Positions 41,001-54,800 of a DNA stretch of 64,000 nucleotides are shown here, piece after piece. The position numbers were made by a program, and so were the translations under genes. Positions within the stretch are counted from its first letter, which is position 1. Every line of letters begins with the position of its first letter. The DNA comes from Squalus acanthias (taxonomy: Eukaryota). The notes beneath the pieces were generated by a model. That model ran no database searches. It worked only from the letters and a program-made list of their open reading frames with translations, and had not been told where the DNA came from. The DNA lies in assembly GCA_030390025.1 (NCBI GenBank), contig JASTWF010000364.1:186001-250000 (forward strand), read 5' to 3'.

Positions 41001-44000
41001 CGCCCAGTGAAGACACTCTCTCTACCCCCAGTGCAGACACTCTCTCCCCCAGTGCAGACACTCTCCCCCAATGCAGACACTCTCCCCCAGTGCAGACACT
41101 CTCTCCCCCAGTGTAGACACTCTCTCCCACTGCAGACACTCTCTCCGCCAGTGCAGACACTCTCTCTTCCCCAGTGCAGACACTCTCTCCCCCAGTGCAG
41201 ACACTGTCTCCCCCAGTGCAGACACTCTCTCCCCCAGTGCAGACACTCTCTCCCCAGTGCAGACACTCTCTCCCCCAGTGCAGACACTCTCTCCCCCAGT
41301 GCAGACACTCTCTCGCCCAGTGCAGACACTCTCTCTCCCCCCAGTGCTGACACTCTCTCCCCCAGTGCAGACACTCTCTCCCTCAGTGCAGACACTCTAT
41401 CTCTCCCAGTGCAGACACTCTCTCTCCCAGTGGAGACACTCTCCCCCCCAGTGCAGACACGCTCTCCCCAGTACAGACACTCTCTCCCCCAGTGCAGACA
41501 ATCTCTCTCCCCAGTGCAGACACCCTCTCTCTCCCAGTGCAGACACTCTCTCTCCCAGTGCAGACACACTTTCCCCCAGTGCAGACACTCTCTCCCCAGT
41601 GCAGACACTCTCTCTCCCCAGTGCAGACATTCTCTCTCTCCAAGTGCAGACACTCTCTCCCAGTGCAGACACTCTCTGCCCCAGTGCAGACACTCTCTCT
41701 CCCAGTGCAGACACTCTCTCCCCCAGTGCAGACACTCTCACCCCCAGTGCAGACACTCTCTCCCCAGTGCAGACACTCTCTCCCCAGTGCAGACACTCTC
41801 TCCCCCAGTGCAGACACTCACTCTCTCCCAGTGCAGACACTCTCTCCCCCAGTGCAGACACTCTCTCCCCCAGTGTAGACACTCTCCCCCAGTGCAGACA
41901 CTCTCTCCCCCAGTGCAGACACTCTCTCTCCCAGTGCAGACACTCTCTCTCCAGTGCAGACTCTCTCCCCCAGTGCAGACACTCTCTCTCCCCAGTGCAG
42001 ACACTCTCTCCCCAGTGCAGACACTCTCTCTCCCAGTGCAGACACTCTCTCCCACTGCAGACACTCTCTCCCCCAGTGCAGACACTCTCTCTCCCCCAGT
42101 GCAGACACTCTCTCCCCCAGTGCAGACACTCTCTCCCCCAGTGCAGACACTCTCTCCCCCAGTGCAGACACTCTCTCCCCAGTGCAGACACTCTCTCTCC
42201 CAGTGCAGACACTCTCTCCCCCAGTGCAGACACTCTCTCTCACCCAGTGCAGACACTCTCTCCCCCAGTGCAGGCACTCGCTCCCCCAGTGCAGACACTC
42301 TCTCCCCAGTTCAGACACTCTCTCTGCCAGTGCAGACACTCTCTCTCCCAGTGCAGACTCTCTCCCCCAGTGCAGACACTCTCTCCCCCAGTGCAGACAC
42401 TCTCTCTCCCAGTGCAGACTCTCTCCCCCAGTGCAGAAACTCTCTCCCAGTGCAGACACTGTCTCCCCCAGTGCAGACTTCTCTCCCCCAGTGCAGACAC
42501 TCTCTCTCCCAGTGCAGACACTCTCTCTCCCCACTGCAGACACTCTCTCCCCCAGTGCAGACTCTCTCTCCCCCAGTGCAGACACTCTCTCTCCCAGTGC
42601 AGACACTCTCTCTCCCAGTGCAGACTCTCTCCCCCAGTGCAGACTCTCTCCCCCAGTGCAGACACTCTCTCTCCCAGTGAAGACACTCTCTCCCCCAGTG
42701 CAGACACTCTCTCTCCCAGTGCAGACAGTCTCTCCCAGTGCAGACACTCTCTCTCCCAGTGCAGACTCTCTCCCCCAGTGCAGACACTCTCTCTCTCCCA
42801 GTGCAGACACTCTCGCCCAGTGCAGACACTCTCTCCCCCAGTGCAGACACTCTCTCCCCCAGTGCAGACACTCTCTCCCAGTGCAGACACTCTCCCCCAG
42901 TGCAGACACTCTCTCCCCCAGTGCAGACACTCTCCCCAGTGCAGACACTCTCTCCCCCAGTGCAGACACTCTCTCCCCCAGTGCAGACACTCTCTCTCCC
43001 CCAGTGCAGACACTCTCTCTCCCCAGTGCAGACACTCTCTCGCCCAGTGCAGACACTCTCTCTCCCCCCAGTGCTGACACTCTCTCCCCCAGTGCAGACA
43101 CTCTCTCCCTCAGTGCAGACACTCTATCTCTCCCAGTGCAGACACTCTCTCTCCCAGTGGAGACACTCTCCCCCCCAGTGCAGACACGCTCTCCCCAGTA
43201 CAGACACTCTCTCCCCCAGTGCAGACAATCTCTCTCCCCAGTGCAGACACCCTCTCTCTCCCAGTGCAGACACTCTCTCTCCCAGTGCAGACACACTTTC
43301 CCCCAGTGCAGACACTCTCTCCCCAGTGCAGACACTCTCTCCCCAGTGCAGACACTCTCTCCCCCAGTGCAGACACTCTCTCCCCAGTGCAGACACTCTC
43401 TCCCCCAGTGCAGACACTCTCTCCCCAGTGCAGACACTCTCTCCCCAGTGCAGACACTCTCTCCCCAGTGCAGACACTCTCTCCCCCAGTGCAGACACTC
43501 TCTCCCCAGTGCAGACACTCTCTCCCCCAGTGCAGACACTCTCTCCCCCAGTGCAGACACTCTCTCCCCCAGTGCAGACACTCTCTCACCCAGTGCAGAC
43601 ACTCTCTCCCCCAGTGCAGACACTCTCTCCCCAGTGCAGACACTCTCCCCAGTGCAGACACTCTCTCCCCAGTGCAGACACTCTCTCCCCAGTGCAGACA
43701 CTCTCTCCCCAGTGCAGACACTCTCTCCCCCAGTGCAGACACTCTCTCCCCCAGTGCAGACACTCTCTCCCCAGTGCAGACACTCTCTCCCCAGTGCAGA
43801 CACTCTCTCCCAGTGCAGACACTCTCTCTCCAGTGCAGACACTCTCTCTCCCAGTGCAGACACTCTCTCCCCCAGTGCAGACACTCTCTCCCCCAGTGCA
43901 GACACTCTCTCTCCCAGTGCAGACACTCTCTCCCAGTGCAGACACTCTCTCTCCCCAGTGCAGACACTCTCTCTCCCAGTGCAGACACTCTCTCTCCCAG

Positions 44001-47000
44001 TGCAGACACTCTCTCCCCCAGTGCAGACACTCTCTCCCCCCATTGCAGACACTCTCTCACCCCAGTGCAGACACTCTCTCTCCCAGTGCAGACACTCTCT
44101 CCCCAGTGCAGACACTCTCTCCCAGTGCAGACACTCTCTCGCCCCCAGTGCAGACACTCTCTCTCCCCAGTGCAGACACTCTCTCCCCAGTGCAGACACT
44201 CTCTCTCCCAGTGCAGACATTCTCTCCCCAGTGCAGACACTCTCTCTCCCCCAGTGCAGACAGTCTCTCTCTCCCAGTGCAGACACTCTCTCCCCAGTGC
44301 AGACACTCTCTCTCCCCCAGTGCAGACACTCTCTCTCTCCCAGTGCAGACACTCTCTCCCCCAGTGCAGACACTCTCTCTCCCAGTGCAGACACTCTCTC
44401 CCCCAGTGCAGACACTCACTCTCTCCCAGTGCAGACACTCTCTCCCCCAGTGCAGACACTCTCTCCCCCAGTGCAGACACTCTCTCTCTCCCAGTGCAGA
44501 CACTCTCTCCCCCAGTGCAGACACTCTCTCCCCCAGTGCAGACACTCTCTCCCAGTGCAGACACTCGCTCCCCCAGTGCAGACACTCTCTCCCCAGTGCA
44601 GACACTCTCTCTCCCAGTGCAGACACTCTCTCTCCCAGTGCAGATTCTCTCCCCCAGTGCAGACACTCTCTCCCCCAGTGCAGACACTCTCTCTCCCAGT
44701 GCAGACTCTCTCCCCCAGTGCAGACACTCTCTCCCAGTGCAGACACTCTCTCCCCAGTGCAGACACTCTCCCCAGTGCAGACACTCTCTCCCCAGTGCAG
44801 ACACTCTCTCCCACTGCAGACACTCTCTCCCCAGTGCAGACACTCTCTCTCCCCCAGTGCAGACACTCTCTCCCCCAGTGCAGACACACTCTCCCCCAGT
44901 GCTGACACTCTCTCCCCCAGTGCAGACACTCTCTCCCCAGTGCAGACACTCTCTCTCCCAGTGCAGACACTCTCTCCCCCAGTGCAGACACTCTCTCTCC
45001 CCAGTGCAGACACTCTCTCTCCCCCAGTGCAGACTCCTCCCCCAGTGCAACACTCTCTCCCCCAGTGGATGACACAACGCCTGCCCCAGTTGCAGACACT
45101 CTCTCTCCCAGATGCAGACACTCTCTCCCCAGTGCAGACACTCTCTCTCACCCAGTGCTAGACACTCTCCCCCAGTGCAGGACCACTCGCTCCCCAGTGC
45201 AGACACTCTTCCCCCAGTCAGACCACTCTCTCTGCAGTGCAGACACTCTCTCCTCAGTGGCAGACTCTCTCCCCCCCAGTGCAGACTACTCTCTCCCCCA
45301 GTGCAGACACTCCTATCTCCCCAGTGCAGGGACTCTCTCCCCCCAGTGCAGACACTTCTACATCCCAGCTGCAGACACTGCTCTCCCCACAGTGAGACCT
45401 CTCTCTCTCCCCCCCAGTGCAGACACTCTCTCCCTACAGTGCAGACACTCTCTCTCCCCACTGCAGACACTCTCTCCCCAGCTGCAGACTCTCTCTCCCC
45501 AGTGCAAGACACTCTCTCTCCCCAGTGCAGAGACTCTCTCTCCCAAGTGCAGACACTCTCTCCCCCCCACCCCCCTCCAGTGCAGACACTCTCGTCCCCC
45601 AGTGCTGACACTCCTCTCTCCCCAGTGTGAAGGACACTCTCTCTCCCCCAGTGCAGACACTCTCTCTCCCCAGTTGCAGACAGCTCTCTCCCCAGTGCAG
45701 ACACTCTCTCCTCCCCCAGTGCAGACACTCTCTCCCCCCAGTGCAGACACTCTCCCCCAATGCAGACACTCTCCCCCAGTGCAGACACTCTCTCCCCCAG
45801 TGTAGACACTCTCTCCCACTGCAGACACTCTCTCCGCCAGTGCAGACACTCTCTCTTCCCCAGTGCAGACACTCTCTCCCCCAGTGCAGACACTGTCTCC
45901 CCCAGTGCAGACACTCTCTCCCCAGTGCAGACACTCTCTCCCCAGTGCAGACACTCTCTCCCCCAGTGCAGACACTCTCTCCCCCAGTGCAGACACTCTC
46001 TCGCCCAGTGCAGACACTCTCTCTCCCCCCAGTGCTGACACTCTCTCCCCCAGTGCAGACACTCTCTCCCCTCAGTGCAGACACTCTATCTCTCCCAGTG
46101 CAGACACTCTCTCTCCCAGTGGAGACACTCTCCCCCCAGTGCAGACACGCTCTCCCCAGTACAGACACTCTCTCCCCCAGTGCAGACAATCTCTCTCCCC
46201 AGTGCAGACACCCTCTCTCTCCCAGTGCAGACACTCTCTCTCCCAGTGCAGACACACTTTCCCCCAGTGCAGACACTCTCTCCCCAGTGCAGACACTCTC
46301 TCTCCCCAGTGCAGACATTCTCTCTCTCCAAGTGCAGACACTCTCTCCCAGTGCAGACACTCTCTGCCCCAGTGCAGACACTCTCTCTCCCAGTGCAGAC
46401 ACTCTCTCCCCCAGTGCAGACACTCTCACCCCCAGTGCAGACACTCTCTCCCCAGTGCAGACACTCTCTCCCCCAGTGCAGACACTCTCTCCCCCAGTGC
46501 AGACACTCACTCTCTCCCAGTCCAGACACTCTCTCCCCCAGTGCAGACACTCTCTCCCCCAGTGTAGACACTCTCCCCCAGTGCAGACACTCTCTCCCCC
46601 AGTGCAGACACTCTCTCTCCCAGTGCAGACACTCTCTCTCCCAGTGCAGACTCTCTCCCCCAGTGCAGACACTCTCTCTCTCCCAGTGCAGACACTCTCC
46701 CCCAGTGCAGACACTCTCTCTCCCAGTGCAGACACTCTCTCCCACTGCAGACACTCTCTCCCCCAGTGCAGACACTCTCTCTCCCCCAGTGCAGACACTC
46801 TCTCCCCCAGTGCAGACACTCTCTCCCCCAGTGCAGACACTCTCTCCCCCAGTGCAGACACTCTCTCCCCAGTGCAGACACTCTCTCTCCCAGTGCAGAC
46901 ACTCTCTCCCCCAGTGCAGACACTCTCTCTCACCCAGTGCAGACACTCTCTCCCCCAGTGCAGGCACTCGCTCCCCCAGTGCAGACACTCTCTCCCCAGT

Positions 47001-50000
47001 TCAGACACTCTCTCTGCCAGTGCAGACACTCTCTCTCCCAGTGCAGACTCTCTCCCCCCAGTGCAGACACTCTCTCCCCCAGTGCAGACACTCTCTCTCC
47101 CAGTGCAGACTCTCTCCCCCAGTGCAGAAACTCTCTCCCAGTGCAGACACTGTCTCCCCCAGTGCAGACTCTCTCTCCCCCAGTGCAGACACTCTCTCTC
47201 CCAGTGCAGACACTCTCTCTCCCCAGTGCAGACACTCTCTCCCCCAGTGCAGACTCTCTCTCCCCCAGTGCAGACACTCTCTCTCCCAGTGCAGACACTC
47301 TCTCTCCCAGTGCAGACTCTCTCCCCCAGTGCAGACTCTCTCCCCCAGTGCAGACACTCTCTCTCCCAGTGAAGACACTCTCTCCCCCAGTGCAGACACT
47401 CTCTCTCCCAGTGCAGACAGTCTCTCCCAGTGCAGACACTCTCTCTCCCAGTGCAGACTCTCTCCCCCAGTGCAGACACTCTCTCTCTCCCAGTGCAGAC
47501 ACTCTCCCCCAGTGCAGACACTCTCTCCCCCAGTGCAGACACTCTCCCCCAGTGCAGACACTCTCTCCCAGTGCAGACACTCTCCCCCAGTGCAGACACT
47601 CTCTCCCCCAGTGCAGACACTCTCCCCAAGTGCAGACACTCTCTCCCCCAGTGCAGACACTCTCTCCCACTGCAGACACTCTCTCCCTCAATGCAGACAC
47701 TCTCTCTCCCCCAGTGCAGAGACTCTCTCCCCCAGTGCAGACACTCTCTCCCCCAGTGCAGACACTCTCTCCCCAGTGCAGACACTCTCTCCCCAGTGCA
47801 GACACTCTCTCCCCCAGTGCAGACACTCTCTCTCCCCCAGTGCAGACACTCTCTCCCCCAGTGCAGACACTCTCTCGCCCAGTGCAGACACTCTCTCTCC
47901 CCCCAGTGCAGACACTCTCTCCCCCAGTGCAGACACTCTCCCCCAGTGCAGACACTCTCCCCCAGTGCAGACACTCTCTCCCCAGTGCAGACACTCTCTC
48001 CCACTGCAGACACTCTCTCCCCCAGTGCAGACACTCTCTCTCCCCCAGTGCAGACACTCTCTCCCCAGTGCAGACACTCTCTCCCCCAGTGCAGACACTC
48101 TCTCCCCCAGTGCAGACACTCTCTCCCCAGTGCAGACACTCTCTCCCCAGTGCAGACACTCTCTCCCCCAGTGCAGACACTCTCTCTCCCCCAGTGCAGA
48201 CACTCTCTCCCCAGTGCAGACACTCTCTCTCCCAGTGAAGACACTCTCTCCCCCAGTGCAGACACTCTCTCCCCAGTGCAGACACTCTCTCCCCAGTGCA
48301 GACACTCTCTCTCCCAGTGCAGACACTCTCTCCCCCAGTGCAGACACTCTCTCCCCCAGTGCAGACACTCTCCCCCAGTGCAGACACTCTCTCCCCCAGT
48401 GCAGACACTCTCTCCCCAGTGCAGACACTCTCTCCCAGTGCAGACACTCTCTCCCCCAGTGCAGACACTCTCTCCCCCAGTGCAGACACTCTCCCCCAGT
48501 GCAGACACTCTCTCCCCAGTGCAGACACTCTCTCCCCAGTGCAGACACTCTCTCCCCATGCAGACACTCTCTCCCCAGTGCAGACACTCTCTCCCCCAGT
48601 GCAGACACTCTCTCCCCCAGTGCAGACACTCTCTCCCCCAGTGCAGACACTCTCTCCCCAGTGCAGACACTCTCTCCCCCAGTGCAGACACTCTCTCCCC
48701 CAGTGCAGACACTCTCTCTCCCCAGTGCAGACACTCTCTCCCCCAGTGCAGACACTCTCTCCCCCAGTGCAGACACTCTCTCCCCCCAGTGCAGACACTC
48801 TCTCCCCCAGTGCAGACACTCTCCCCCAGTGCAGACACTCTCCCCCAGTGCAGACACTCTCTCCCCCAGTGCAGACACTCTCTCCCACTGCAGACACTCT
48901 CTCCCCCAGTGCAGACACTCTCTCTCCCCAGTGCAGACACTCTCTCCCCCAGTGCAGACACTCTCTCCCCAGTGCAGACACTCTCTCCCCCAGATCAGAC
49001 ACTCTCTCCCCAGTGCAGACACTCTCTCCCCAGTGCAGACACCTCTCCCCCAGTGCAGACACTCTCTCTCCCCCAGTGCAGACACTCTCTCTCCCAGTGC
49101 AGACTCTCTCCCCCAGTGCAGACTCTCTCCCCCAGTGCAGACACTCTCTCTCCCGGTGAAGACACTCTCTCCCCCAGTGCAGACACTCTCTCTCCCAGTG
49201 CAGACAGTCTCTCCCAGTGCAGACACTCTCTCTCTCCCAGTGCAGACACTCTCCCCCAGTGCAGACACTCTCTCCCCCAGTGCAGACACTCTCCCCCAGT
49301 GCAGACACTCACTCCCAGTGCAGACACTCTCTCTCCCCCAGTGCAGACACTCTCTCCCCAGTGCAGACACTCTCTCCCCCAGTGCAGACACTCTCTCCCC
49401 CAGTGCAGACACTCTCTCCCCAGTGCAGACACTCTCTCTCCCAGTGCAGACACTCTCTCCCCCAGTGCAGACACTCTCTCTCCCCCAGTGCAGACACTCT
49501 CTCCCCCAGTGCAGACACTCGCTCCCCCAGTGCAGACACTCTCTCCCCAGTGCAGATACTCTCTCTCCCAGTTCAGACACTCTCTCTCCCAGTGCAGACT
49601 CTCTCCCCCAGTGCAGACACTCTCTCCCCCAGTGCAGACATTCTCTCTCCCAGTGCAGACTCTCTCCCCCAGTGCAGAAACTCTCTCCCATTGCAGACAC
49701 TCTCTCCCCCAGTGCAGACTCTCTCTCCCCCAGTGCAGACACTCTCTCCCCAGTGCAGACACTCTCTCCCCCAGTGCAGACACTCTCTCCCCCAGTGCAG
49801 ACACTCTCTCTCCCCCAGTGCAGACACTCTCTCCCCCAGTGCAGACACTCTCTCGCCCAGTGCAGACACTCTCTCTCCCCCCAGTGCAGACACTCTCTTC
49901 CCCAGTGCAGACACTCTCCCCCAGTGCAGACACTCTCCCCCAGTGCAGACACTCTCTCCCCCAGTGCAGACACTCTCTCCCACTGCAGACACTCTCTCCC

Positions 50001-51212
50001 CCAGTGCAGACACTCTCTCTCCCCCAGTGCAGACACTCTCTCCCCCAGTGCAGACACTCTCTCCCCCAGTGCAGACACTCTCTCCCCCAGTGCAGACACT
50101 CTCTCCCCAGTGCAGACACTCTCTCCCCCAGTGCAGACACTCTCTCCCCCAGTGCAGACACTCTCTCTCCCCCAGTGCAGACACTCTCTCCCCCAGTGCA
50201 GACACTCTCTCGCCCAGTGCAGACACTCTCTCTCCCCCCAGTGCAGACACTCTCTCCCCCAGTGCAGACACTCTCTCCCCCAGTGCAGACACTCTCTCTC
50301 TCCCAGTGCAGACACTCTCTCTCCCAGTGGAGACACTCTCTCCCCCAGTGCAGACACGCTCTCCCCAGTACAGACACTCTCTCCCCCAGTGCAGACACTC
50401 TCTCTCCCCAGTGCAGACACTCTCTCTCTCCCAGTGCAGACACTCTCTCCCCCAGTGCAGACACTCTCTCCCAGTGCAGACACTCTCCCCCCCAGTGCAG
50501 ACACTCTCTCTCTCCTAGTGCAGACACTCTCTCTCCCAGTGCAGACACTCTCTCCCCCAGTGCAGACACTCTCTCCCCAGTGCAGACACTCTCTCCCCCA
50601 GTGCAGACACTCTCTCCCCCAGTGCAGACACTCTCTCTCCCCAGTGCAGACACTCTCTCTCTCCCAGTGCAGACACTCTCTCCCAGTGCAGACACTCTCT
50701 CCCCCAGTGCAGACACTCTCTCCCCCAGTGCAGACACTCTCTCCCCCAGTGCAGACACTCTCTCCCCCAGTGCAGACACTCTCTCCCCAGTGCAGACACT
50801 CTCTCCCCAGTGCGGACACTCTCTCCCCCCCAGTGCAGACACTCTCTCTCCCCCAGTGCAGACACTCTCTCCCCCAGTGCAGACACTCTCTCCCCCAGTG
50901 CAGACACTCTCTCTCCCCAGTGCAGACACTCTCTCCCCCAGTGCAGACACTCTCTCTCCCCAGTGCAGACACTCTCTCCCCCAGTGCAGACACTCTCTCT
51001 CCCAGTGCAGACACTCTCTCCCCCAGTGCAGACACTCTCTCCCCCAGTGCAGACACTCTCTCTCCCAGTGCAGACACTCTCTCCCGCAGTGCAGACATTC
51101 TCTCTCCCAGTGCAGACACTCTCTCCCCCAGTGCAGACACTTTCTCCCCCAGTGCAGACACTCTCTCCCCCAGTGCAGACACTCTCTCCCCCAGTGCAGA
51201 CACTCCGCTCCC
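26068..51212. repeat. ~21-bp satellite (AGTGCAGACACTCTCTCCCCC; CT/C tract variable, 19-23 bp), ~25 kb, roughly 1200 units
   Basis: 7-codon periodicity (SADTLSP / VQTLSPP / QCRHSLP). Invariant CAGTGCAGACAC core with a variable pyrimidine tract. Strongly C-rich on the + strand. Confidence 0.98.
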
Positions 51213-51859
51213 AGCCAGTGCTACGCTTGGGTTAAGGATGTGCTGAATCCTCAGCCTCCCTGCACTCCAGCTCACTCGGAGATTACTGTTCTCCCTCTCT
51301 GTTTTTTTATTTACACAGATCGCTCTGTCTACACACCGGGTACACCCATCGAGATTATTTCTTTAACAGAGTCCCTCTCACTCCATCCATCCACACATCC
51401 CTCTCTGTGTGTCCACTTGTTTATCCTCCATCAGCTTCTCCATCTCCATTCATCTATTTCAGAATCGTTATATTTTCTGAATTATATAAAATGAATATCA
51501 ATCCAGCTGGAACTCCCTTGCTCCTCCTCCATGCCTTGTCCCACACGACTGTCTCTTCTATTGCTGTCTATTTCCATTCTGTGAATATTTCTTGCTGTAT
51601 ATTTTTCCATCTCCTGTAACTCTCCAGTGAACAGCTGCTATCCAAGCGCCAATTGATCGTCACTTTAGTTCAAAACAACTTCATTTGTCGTGAAAGGCGC
51701 CAAATAAATGCAAGGCCTTTCTTTCTCACTTTCTCAAATTAACTCCTTTCATTCTACAGACTCACAGTGGATCTGTCCATGTTCCAGCACTGCTTCACTG
51801 TGTTCCTGATACAGCCAGGCAACCAGTTACAAACAGCAAGGAAACTCCTTTTAAAGAAA

Positions 51860-54800
51860 GGGTTAGATACAGAGTAAAGCCCCCTCTACACTGTCCCATC
51901 AAACACTCCCAGGGCAGGTACAGCACGGGTTAGATACAGAGTAAAGCTCCCTCTGCACTGTCCCATCAAACGCTCCCAGGGCAGGTACAGAACATGTTAG
52001 ATACAGAGTAAAGCCCCCTCTACACTATCCCATCAAACACTCGCAGGGCAGGTACAGCACGGGTTAGATACAGAGTAAAGCTCCCTCGACACTACCCCAT
52101 CAAACACTCCCAGGGCAGGTACAGCACGGGTTAGATACAGAGTAAAGCTCCCTCTACACTGTCCCATTAAACACTCCCAGGGCAGGTACAGCACGGGTTA
52201 GATACAGAGTAAAGCTCCCTCTACACTGTCCCATCAAACACTCCCAGGGCAGGTACAGTGCAGGTTAGATACAGAGTAAAGCTCCCTCTGCACAGTCCCA
52301 TCAAACACTCCCAGGGCAGGTACAGAACGTGTTAGATACAGAGTAAAGCTCCCTCTACACTGTCCCATCAAACACTCCCAGGGCAGGTACAGCACGGGTT
52401 AGATACAGAGTAACGCTCCCTCTACACTGTCCCATCAAACACTCCCAGGGCAGGTACAGCACGGGTTAGATACAGAGTAAAGCTCCCTCTGCACTGTCCC
52501 ATCAAACACTCCCAGGGCAGGTACAGCACGGGTTAGATACAGAGTAAAGCTCCCTCTACACTGTCCCATCAAACACTCCCAGGGCAGGTACAGCACGGGG
52601 TTAGATACACAGTAAAGCTCCCTCTGCACTGTCCCATCAAACACTCCCAGGGCAGGTACAGTACGGGTTAGATACAGAGTAAAGCTCCCTCTACACTGTC
52701 CCATCAAACACTCCCAGGGCAGGTACAGCACGGGTAAGATGCAGAGTAAAGCTCCCTCTACAATGTCCCATAAAACACTCCCAGGGCAGGTAGAGCACAG
52801 GATAGATACAGAGTTAAGCTCCCTCTACACTGTCATATCAAACACTTCCAGGGCAGGTACAGCACGTGTTAGATACAGAGTATAGCTCCCTCTACACTGT
52901 CCCATCAAACACTCCCAGGGCAGGTACAGCGCGCGTTAGATACAGAGTAAAGCTCCCTCTACACTGTCCCATCAAACACTCCCAGGGCAGGTACAGCACG
53001 GGGTTAGATACAGAGTAAAGCTCCCTCTACACTGTCCCATCACACATTCCTCGGGCAGGTAGAGAAAGGGTTAGATACAGAGTAAAGCTCACTCTACACT
53101 GTCCCATCAAACACTCCCAGGGCAGGTACAGCACAGGTTAGATACAGAGTAAAGCTACCTCTACACTGTCCCATCAAACACTCCCAGGGCAGGTACAGCA
53201 CGGGTTAGATACAGAGTAAAGCTCCCTCTACACTGTCCCATCAAACACTCCCAGGGCAGGTACAGAACGGATTGGATATAGAGTAAAGCTCCCTCTATAC
53301 TGTCGCATCAAACACTCCCAGGGCAGGTACAGCACGGGTTAGATATAGAGTATAGCTCCCTCTACACTCTCCCATCAAACACTCCCAGGGCAGGTACAGC
53401 ACGGGTTAGATACAGAGTAAAGCTCCCTCTACACTGTCCCATCAAACAGTCCCAGGGCAGGTACAGCACAGGTTAGATACAGAGTAAAGCTCCCTCTACA
53501 CTGTCCCATCAAACGCACCCATGGCAGGTACAGAACGTGTTAGATACAGAGTAAAGCCCCCTCTACACTGTCCCAACAAACACTCCCAGGGCATGTACAG
53601 AACGTGTTAGATACAGAGTAAAGCTCCCTCTACACTGTCCCATCAAACACTCCCAGGGCAGGTACAGCACGGGGTTAGATACAGAGTAAAGCTCCCTCTA
53701 CACTGTCCCATCATACACTCCCAGGGCAGGTACAGTACGGGTTAGATACAGAGTAAAGCTCCCTCTACACTGTCCCATCAAACACTCCCAGGGCAGGTAC
53801 AGCACGGGTAAGATGCAGAGTAAAGCTCCCTCTGCACTGTCCCATAAAACACTCCCAGGACAGGTAGTGCACAGGGTAGATACAGAGTTAAGCTCACTCT
53901 ACACTATCATATCAAACACTTCCAGGGCAGGTACAGCACGTGTTAGATACAGAGTATAGCTCCCTCTACACTGTCCAACAAACACTCCCGGGGCAGGTAC
54001 AGCAAGGGTTAGATACAGAGTAAATCTCCCTCTACACTGTCCCATCAAACACTCCAAGGGAAGGTACAGTACGGGTTTTATACAGTGTAAAGCTCCCACT
54101 ACACTGTCCCATCACACATTCCTAGGGCAGGTAGAGAACGGGTTAGATACAGAGTAAAGCTCACTCTATACTGTCCCATCAAACACTCCCAGGGCAGGTA
54201 CAGCACAGGTTAGATACAGAGTAAAGCTCCCTCTACACTGTCCCATCAAACACTCCCGGGGCAGCGACAGCACAGGTTAGATATAGAGTAAAGCTCCCTC
54301 TATACTGTCGCATCAAACACTCCCGGGGCAGGGAGAACACGAGTTAGATACAGAGTAAAGCTCCCTCTATACTGTCGCATCAAACACTCCCAGGGCAGGT
54401 ACAGCACGGGTTAGATATAGAGTATAGCTCCCTCTACACTCTCCCATCAAACACTCCCAGGGCAGGTACAGCACGGGTTAGATACAGAGTAAAGCTCCCT
54501 CTACACTGTCCCATCAAACACTCCCAGGGCAGGTACAGCATGCGTTAGATACAGAGTAAAGCTCCCTCTACACTGTCATATCAAACACTCCCGGGGCAGG
54601 TACAGCAGGGGTTAGATACAGAGTAAAGCTCCCACTACACTGTCCCATCACACAATCCCAGGGCAGGTAGAGTACGGGTTAGACACAGAGAAAAGCTCCC
54701 TCTACACTGTCCCATCAAACACTCCCAGGGCAGGTACAGCACAGGTTAGATATAGATTAAAGATTCCTCTACACTGTCGTCAAACACTTCCAGGATAGGT

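Noticed and set aside
26068..51494. Dozens of overlapping 100-1900-aa ORFs
   Set aside because: The unit lacks stop codons in all six frames. Equal openness of all frames argues against coding.
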